Of a DNA stretch of 64,000 bases, positions 58,302-64,000 are shown in pieces (position 1 is the stretch's first letter; each line of letters starts with the position of its first letter). The stretch lies in NCBI GenBank assembly GCA_963779415.1, contig CAVZYA010000001.1:640001-704000 (forward strand), read 5' to 3'. The notes under the pieces are model-generated. The model was not told the origin of the DNA. It saw nothing but the letters and a program-made list of their open reading frames with translations, and ran no database searches. Position numbers and translations under genes: made by a program. This DNA comes from an uncultured Acidobacteriota bacterium. Lineage in GTDB: Bacteria; Acidobacteriota; Thermoanaerobaculia; UBA5066.

Positions 58302-59971
58302 CGGGAATTCTCCATTCCCATGAGAGCCCTGAACCGTAACCCCCCGGCAAGATAGCTCGCGGAAGAGCCGGTGGCCCGGAGCAGCCGGACCGCCTCTGCG
58401 GAGCGTCCCCCGCGTTCGCAGACCGCGAGCCACGGGCCCTCCTCGGGAAGCGGGAGAGCGGCACGGAGCTCCTCGAGCGGCGTCTCCCGGGCGGAACCGG
58501 GGAGCGGGCGCTCGTTCCGTTCGCTCCCGTGACGCACGTCGAGGAGCCGAAGCCCCTGCACGGATTCGCCGGGGCTCCTCGCGACGACTCCCTCTTCCTG
58601 GTTCTCCGCCGCGAAAGCCGCGACGGCGAGCGGATCGATGGCCGGGGCGAATGGCGGAGCGTAAGCCTGTTCCACGTCCGCAACGTCCTTCAGCGTCGCG
58701 CCTCGGGCGACGAGCGCCGTCGCCACGTCGACCCGCTTGGCCACCTCCCCCTCTCCGACGGCCTGGACACCGAGGACCCGTCTCGATTCGGCCTCGTACA
58801 CCAGATGAACCACGATCTCCTTCGCCTCGGGCCAGTAGTGGGCCCGGTCGTGGGCGGTCACCCAGACCGAGCGCGCCCGAATCCCGCGCCCCGTCGCGGC
58901 CGTTCGGGTCAGGCCGGTTGCCGCCACGTTGAGGTCGAAGATCTTCACCGCGGCAGCGCCCGCGGCCCCGGGGAAGGTGTCGTCCCGGCCGGCGAGAATG
59001 TTCGCAAGAGTACGTCCCTGACGGTTTGCCAGAGAGCCGAATGGGAGGTAGGCCGGCTCGCCGCCGGGAAGCCGCCTCACCTCCACGCAGTCGCCGGCCG
59101 CCCAGACGTGCGGGACGGACGTGGCGAGGCGCGGATCCACGCGGATGGCACCGGTCGTGCCGAGAGCGGCTCCCGCCGACCGGGCGAGGTCCACGGCCGG
59201 CTGCACGCCGACCGCGACGACGGCGAGATCGGCCGTGAAGCGTTCGTTCCCGGCCGTCACGTTGGCCCGCGTCTCGTCGACTCCAATGGCCTCGATCGGC
59301 GTGCCGGTGCGCAGGTCGACCCCGTTTCGCCTCAGGGTGGCGGCGACGACCGCGCCGATTTCCGGATCGAGGAAGCCGGCGAGGGGGAAGGCGGCCGCCT
59401 CCAGGAGCGCGACCTCGACCCCCCAGAGGGCGCGGAAAGCTTCCGCGAGTTCGCACCCGACGAGGCCGGCACCGACGATCACCACCCGGGAGATCTCCCC
59501 TCTTGCCAGCGCCGCGTGAAGAGGGGCGAGGTCCTCCGCGGCGTGAAACGACGAGACGCGGGGATGGCGTGGCTGACCCGGCAGACGGCGGGCACGGGCT
59601 CCGGTGGCCAGGACGAGGTCATCCCACTCGAGATCCTCGCGCGCCGCTCCCGGTCCCTCGCAAACGAGCCGATGGGCGCCGACGTCGACGGCGGTGGCCC
59701 GGCGGCCCGGGAGAACCCGGACCCCTTTTATGGAGGCGAAGTACGCCGTGTCGCGGAGAGCGCCGTCGCTCGTCGTTCGGAGCGCTTCCGCGGCGCCGAC
59801 GTCGCCCGAGAGGACGTACGGAAGGCCGCAGGCCGCCACCGAGAAGAGTTCCCGCTCCTCGACGACGGTGATCCGCCACCCGGGGCGGAGGCGGGCGAGG
59901 CGGGAGGCGCACCGAAGGCCGGCCGCCGAAGCGCCCACGATCACGACCCGGCAATGTCCGTCCGCGTGCAA
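58298..59971 (-). CDS. FAD-dependent CoA-disulfide/persulfide reductase-like protein with C-terminal rhodanese domain (Npsr/Cdr type)
   Basis: VIVGASAAG, SVAACGLPY, LVLATGA, IVGAGLVGCE, AAGDC, YAPPF, rhodanese LLDVR...CERGGRS. Confidence 0.85.
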   Translation of the reverse strand: MHADGHCRVVIVGASAAGLRCASRLARLRPGWRITVVEERELFSVAACGLPYVLSGDVGAAEALRTTSDGALRDTAYFASIKGVRVLPGRRATAVDVGAHRLVCEGPGAAREDLEWDDLVLATGARARRLPGQPRHPRVSSFHAAEDLAPLHAALARGEISRVVIVGAGLVGCELAEAFRALWGVEVALLEAAAFPLAGFLDPEIGAVVAATLRRNGVDLRTGTPIEAIGVDETRANVTAGNERFTADLAVVAVGVQPAVDLARSAGAALGTTGAIRVDPRLATSVPHVWAAGDCVEVRRLPGGEPAYLPFGSLANRQGRTLANILAGRDDTFPGAAGAAAVKIFDLNVAATGLTRTAATGRGIRARSVWVTAHDRAHYWPEAKEIVVHLVYEAESRRVLGVQAVGEGEVAKRVDVATALVARGATLKDVADVEQAYAPPFAPAIDPLAVAAFAAENQEEGVVARSPGESVQGLRLLDVRHGSERNERPLPGSARETPLEELRAALPLPEEGPWLAVCERGGRSAEAVRLLRATGSSASYLAGGLRFRALMGMENSR

Positions 59972-60030
59972 CTTTCGTCTCTCCCGTCAGGAACCGGCGA
60001 AGCGCCGGACCGCCACGACGGCTGTGGATC

Positions 60031-61188
60031 TCACGCCGCCACTTGCCCCCGGAGGGAGAGCGCGATCTTGTAGAAGAGCGTGATCAACAGGAGTCCCGTC
60101 GCGTAGATGCCGACCGAGATCAGGAGCTCCGGGGCGGTCGGAACGTAGGTCGTCACTTTGCCGAGCGGGGACGGAACGAATCCGGTCACGACCATCCCGA
60201 GCCCCTTATCGATCCAGATCGAAAGGAAGACCGCGACGCACGCGACCGCGAGCGTCTTTTCCCGGCGCCGCGTCCGCGGGTTGATCAGGAGGACGAGAGC
60301 CGTCGCGGCGAGCGCTTCGGCCGCCCACATCCAGGGAACGAGCGTCGTCTTTCCGTTCAGTCCCAGGAAGAGGAACTCGAAGTGCTCGATCTCCTCGGGA
60401 ATGCCGCTGTAGAGGGCGGTGAAGAGCTCCATCAGGACGAAGAAGACGTTGATCGACATGGCGTACGTCGCGATGAGCGCCAGCTTCTGGATCGGCTCGC
60501 TGCCGGCATCGAATTTGGTGATCCGGCGCAGGATGAGGCACATCAGGATCAGGAGGGCGGGGCCGGAGGAGAACGCCGAGGCGAGGAAGCGCGGCGCCAG
60601 GATCGCGGTGAGCCAGAAGGGGCGTGCGGCGAGGCCGGAGTAGAGAAACGCCGTCACCGTGTGGATGGAGATCGCCCACGGGATGGAGAGAATGATGACC
60701 GGCCTGATCCAACCGGGAGGTTTGATCCCCTTCCGCTCGGCGTCCAGCGTCACGTGCGAGATCAGGACGTTGAGGACGAGGTAGCCCGAGAGGGAGATCA
60801 TGTCCCAGAACATGAGGGAGTGGGGCGTCGGGTAGAGGAGCATGTTGACCACCCGCGTCGGCTGCCCCATGTCGACGAAGATGAAGAGCATGCACATGGT
60901 CACCGCGGCGATCGCGAGAAATTCGCCGAGGATCGTGATCTTGCCGAAGGCCTTCCAGTCGTGAAGGTAATACGGCAGGACGACCATCACCGCCGAGGCC
61001 GCCACGCCGACGAGGAAGGTGAACTGGGCGATGTAGAGGCCCCAGGTGACGTCGCGGGAGAGGCCCGTGATGCCGAGGCCGACGGCGAACTGGCGCAGGT
61101 AGAAGACGAACCCGAGGGCGATCAGTCCCAGAAGGAGCGCCACCCAGCGCCAGTAGTTCTTCCCTCCGATCAGTGCTTTCTCGAGCAT
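60031..61188 (-). CDS. dsrP: DsrP, NrfD/PsrC-type membrane subunit
   Basis: GLGITGLSRDVTWGLYIAQFTFLVGVAASAVM, IPWAISIHTVTAFLY, ILAPRFLASAFSSGP, in dsrKJOP gene order. Confidence 0.92.
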   Translation of the reverse strand: MLEKALIGGKNYWRWVALLLGLIALGFVFYLRQFAVGLGITGLSRDVTWGLYIAQFTFLVGVAASAVMVVLPYYLHDWKAFGKITILGEFLAIAAVTMCMLFIFVDMGQPTRVVNMLLYPTPHSLMFWDMISLSGYLVLNVLISHVTLDAERKGIKPPGWIRPVIILSIPWAISIHTVTAFLYSGLAARPFWLTAILAPRFLASAFSSGPALLILMCLILRRITKFDAGSEPIQKLALIATYAMSINVFFVLMELFTALYSGIPEEIEHFEFLFLGLNGKTTLVPWMWAAEALAATALVLLINPRTRRREKTLAVACVAVFLSIWIDKGLGMVVTGFVPSPLGKVTTYVPTAPELLISVGIYATGLLLITLFYKIALSLRGQVAA

Positions 61189-61195
61189 GCGCGCC

Positions 61196-61960
61196 TCACA
61201 CCAGGTAATAGACTTCGGGCTGGGTTCCGAGGCCAGGCCGGCGGCGGATCGCGAACCGCGACCGGAGCAGCCGCCGCACCTCGGAGCCCGGATCGTTCAG
61301 GTCGCCGAAGGTCATCGCCTTTTCCTTGCAGGCCGCCACGCAGGCCGGCGGCTCTCCCTTGTCGACGAGCTCGTCGCAGAAGGTGCACTTCTCGACGACC
61401 CCCTTGGTCCGCGTCGGGAAGTCCCGGTTCAGCTCCTTGATGAAGGGGCGCGGCTCCTCCCAGTTGAAGCTCCGCGACCCGTAGGGGCAGGCCGCCATGC
61501 AGTAGCGGCACCCGATGCATCGGTGCCAGTCCATCATCACGATCCCGTCCGGGCGCTTCCAGGTCGCCTCGGTGGGACAGACACGCGCGCAGGGGGGGTT
61601 GTCGCAGTGGTTGCAGAAGACGAGGGCCGGCCTCGAGGTGAGCGCCTCCGCGACGTACGGCGATTCCTCGTTCGGGAAGACGTTCGGGAACGGCTCCTCC
61701 CAGATCCACTTCACCTCGTGCCTCGGGTTCGGGATGGACGGGACGTTATGGGCCCGGCGGCAGGCCTCGATGCACGCCGTGCAGTCGTCCTTCTCGAGGC
61801 ACTTCGTGAGATCCACGACCATCGCCCGGCGGACCCCCTTCGGGGCCTCTCCGGCCGAGGCCTCCGCGGCGTCGTCGAAGCGGAAGAGGGTGGCGCCGCC
61901 GGCAGCGACGAGAGCGGCCAGGCCGGCCCGCTTGAGGAAACTCCTGCGGTCCTCTCCCAT
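61196..61960 (-). CDS. dsrO: DsrO, Tat-exported 4Fe-4S ferredoxin-like subunit
   Basis: RRSFLK Tat motif, CNHCDNPPCARVCP, CIGCRYCMAACPY, KCTFC...PACVAAC. Confidence 0.92.
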   Translation of the reverse strand: MGEDRRSFLKRAGLAALVAAGGATLFRFDDAAEASAGEAPKGVRRAMVVDLTKCLEKDDCTACIEACRRAHNVPSIPNPRHEVKWIWEEPFPNVFPNEESPYVAEALTSRPALVFCNHCDNPPCARVCPTEATWKRPDGIVMMDWHRCIGCRYCMAACPYGSRSFNWEEPRPFIKELNRDFPTRTKGVVEKCTFCDELVDKGEPPACVAACKEKAMTFGDLNDPGSEVRRLLRSRFAIRRRPGLGTQPEVYYLV

Positions 61961-62340
61961 CACGACTTCTCCTTCGGCTCGATGTGGCACTCCCAGCAGT
62001 AGGGTTTGACGGCCATGTCGTTGTGGCAGCTGTCGCAGAACTCGACCTTGTTGGGATGGCAGCGCATGCAGGTTCCGGAGAGGCTCATCGTCACGGTCCT
62101 GCCGTCCGCGCCCCGGTATGTTCGCTCCCCCCGCCGGACGACGCTGTCCCGCCAGGAGTTGAGGAGGGCCATGTGGCTTTCCCGCATCGTCTCCCGGGAT
62201 TCCACGCACTTTTTCTCCGTCGTGACGATCTTCGGATCCGGCCTCGGAACGGTGGTGCTGATCGCGGGCCGCCAGACGGGAAAGAGCCCCAGGACCAGAA
62301 AGGCCGCCAGACCGGCCAGGATCTTGCCTCCGTCATGCAT
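61960..62340 (-). CDS. dsrJ: DsrJ triheme cytochrome c
   Basis: CVE...MRESHM.LL..WRDSVVR, CMRCH, CDSCH, CWECH. Confidence 0.93.
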   Translation of the reverse strand: MHDGGKILAGLAAFLVLGLFPVWRPAISTTVPRPDPKIVTTEKKCVESRETMRESHMALLNSWRDSVVRRGERTYRGADGRTVTMSLSGTCMRCHPNKVEFCDSCHNDMAVKPYCWECHIEPKEKS

Positions 62341-63952
62341 CGGGCTTCACCTCCAAGCCGGCGAACGGGATTCCCCGGAGGTCCGTCGTCCGCGCCTTCT
62401 CCCCCTTCATCACGAGCGCGTTGCCGACCAGCTCGTGGACGCCGGAGACTCCCACCTCGGGCACCCAGTACTCCATCAGGGTAGAGAGGACGGCACGGTC
62501 GATGGCGCAGATGCAGCTCAGGAGGTTCACGCCGTGCTTCTCGTGGACGTACCGGACGGCGGTGGCCCTCGGGAGGCCGCCCCGGAGCCGCATCTCCATG
62601 TTCTCGTCGTTTCCGAGGCCAGCGCCTCCGCCGCAGCAGAAGGTCTGTTCGCGGATGGTGTTCTCGGGCATCTCGAAGTAGTTGTTGCAGACCGATTTGA
62701 GAAGGTAGCGCGGCTCCTCCAGAATCCCCATCCCCCGCGCCGGGTTGCACGAGTCATGGAACGTCACGCGCCGGTGGTCGTTCCTTCTCGGGTCGAGATT
62801 GAGCAGGCCATGGTGGACGAGATCCGCGGTGAACTCGCAGATGTGCACCATCTTCGTCGACGAGGTGTTCTCGAAGCGCGTCTTGGTAAAGGGGCTCACC
62901 GGCACCTCGAGGAAGTCCGCCGGACCGTTCATGGTGTCCATGTACTGGTTGAGGACCCGCCACATGTGCCCGCACTCGCCGCCGAGGAGCCACTTGACCT
63001 TCAGGCGGGCCGCCTCGTGGTAGATCTTGTAGTTCAGCCTCTTGATCGTGTCGTGGGAGGTGAAGAGGCCGAAGTTCCCCCCCTCCGAGGCGTAGGCCGA
63101 GAGCGTGTAGTCGAGCCCGAGCTCGTGGAACAGGAGGAGGTACCCCATGAAGGTGTAGATGCCGGGGTCGGCGAAGTAGTCCGCCGAGGGGACCACGAAG
63201 AGGACCTCCGCCCCCTTCCGGTTGATCGACGGAGCCACCCGGATCCCCGTGATTCCTTCCAGCTCGTCGACGAGGAAGTCGACGTTGTCCTTGAAGGTGT
63301 GCGGCTGGATTCCGAGGTGGTTTCCCGTCCGGTCGCAGTTGGCGACCGGCTCGATCACCCAGTTGATGTTGAGGCCGACGAGATTCATCAGCTCCCGGGC
63401 GTGCATCGTGATCTCGGCCGTATCGATTCCGTAAGGGCAGAAGACCGAGCAGCGGCGGCACTCCGTGCACTGGAAGAAGTAGTAGTACCACTCCTTGAGG
63501 AGATCCGGGCTCAGCTTGCGGGCCCCGGCGACGTGGCCGAGGATCCTGCCGGCCGTCGTGAAGTCGTTCCGGTAGACCGAGCGGAGGAGCTCGGCCCGGA
63601 GGACCGGCATGTTCTTCGGATCCCCGGAGCCGAGAAAGAAGTGGCATTTGTCGGCGCAGGCTCCGCACCGGACGCAGATGTCCAGAAAGAGCTTGAGAGA
63701 CCGGTATTTGACCAGTCGCTCGGCGAGGCCGTCCTTGATGATCTGCTGCCAGTTCTCGGGGAGCTTCCAGTCCGCGTCCGTCGGAGACCAGTCACGTGGA
63801 TTCGGGAGGCCGAGGTAGCGGAGGTTCTTGGCCGCCCCGGGATAGGACCAGGAGCCCTTGCGCGCCTCGAAGTCGATCCGCGGGTCCGTCCAGTCGCTCG
63901 ACGGGGGTGTGTAGTCGATCTGTACGAGCTGCTCTTTGCTCTTCTCCGCCAT
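62333..63952 (-). CDS. dsrK: DsrK, HdrD-like Fe-S/CCG subunit
   Basis: CVRCGACADKCH, CTECRRCSVFCPYGID, GECGHMWR, FHDSCN, CCGGG. Confidence 0.95.
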   Translation of the reverse strand: MAEKSKEQLVQIDYTPPSSDWTDPRIDFEARKGSWSYPGAAKNLRYLGLPNPRDWSPTDADWKLPENWQQIIKDGLAERLVKYRSLKLFLDICVRCGACADKCHFFLGSGDPKNMPVLRAELLRSVYRNDFTTAGRILGHVAGARKLSPDLLKEWYYYFFQCTECRRCSVFCPYGIDTAEITMHARELMNLVGLNINWVIEPVANCDRTGNHLGIQPHTFKDNVDFLVDELEGITGIRVAPSINRKGAEVLFVVPSADYFADPGIYTFMGYLLLFHELGLDYTLSAYASEGGNFGLFTSHDTIKRLNYKIYHEAARLKVKWLLGGECGHMWRVLNQYMDTMNGPADFLEVPVSPFTKTRFENTSSTKMVHICEFTADLVHHGLLNLDPRRNDHRRVTFHDSCNPARGMGILEEPRYLLKSVCNNYFEMPENTIREQTFCCGGGAGLGNDENMEMRLRGGLPRATAVRYVHEKHGVNLLSCICAIDRAVLSTLMEYWVPEVGVSGVHELVGNALVMKGEKARTTDLRGIPFAGLEVKPDA

Positions 63953-63955
63953 GTC

Positions 63956-64000
63956 TCACTTCCCGTCGAGAGGGATACCGGCCGCCACGAGCTTGTCGTG
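63956..64000 (-). CDS. dsrM: C-terminal end of DsrM (partial)
   Basis: ...HDKLVAAGIPLDGK* ends 3 nt before dsrK. It resembles the DsrM tail and fits dsrMKJOP order. Confidence 0.6.
   Translation of the reverse strand, partial: HDKLVAAGIPLDGK

Overview
High-GC bacterial window, probably a long-read metagenome assembly because several genes carry indel-type frameshifts. (1) 1-9.1 kb is housekeeping: a Na+/solute symporter, a frameshifted addBA helicase-nuclease pair and a serine hydrolase. (2) 9.2-49.5 kb is a ~40 kb signalling and anion-transport island. It holds three full-length PEP-synthase/PPDK-like proteins whose PEP-binding barrel is replaced by an unknown C-terminal domain, plus a fourth protein keeping only the terminal domains. 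It also holds five histidine kinases (one degenerate, one with heme-c motifs), five stand-alone receivers, a sigma54 activator, two cytidylate-kinase-like/BON proteins, a CBS protein and an H+-PPase. There are eight oxyanion-transporter genes: 3 TSUP/TauE (one fused to a six-heme cytochrome c), a CHR pair, DASS, ArsB/NhaD-like, and a SulP with a CxxCH insert and four tandem STAS domains. Four sigma54 promoters share a TGT-N12-(A/C)CA upstream box. (3) 49.5-51.7 kb is a degraded integron-type cassette array whose attC sites were hit by an IS110/IS1111 element. (4) 51.7-64 kb is the tail of a dsr cluster: dsrM end, dsrKJOP, a CoA-persulfide-reductase-like flavoprotein, hemA, cysG, a PhnD-like binding protein, a histidine kinase and a sigma54 activator. 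The best candidate for an undescribed system is a dikinase-like/two-component/sigma54 circuit controlling sulfur-oxyanion transport next to dsr. No rRNA, tRNA or CRISPR array was seen. All family calls come from motif recognition by eye, without database searches.
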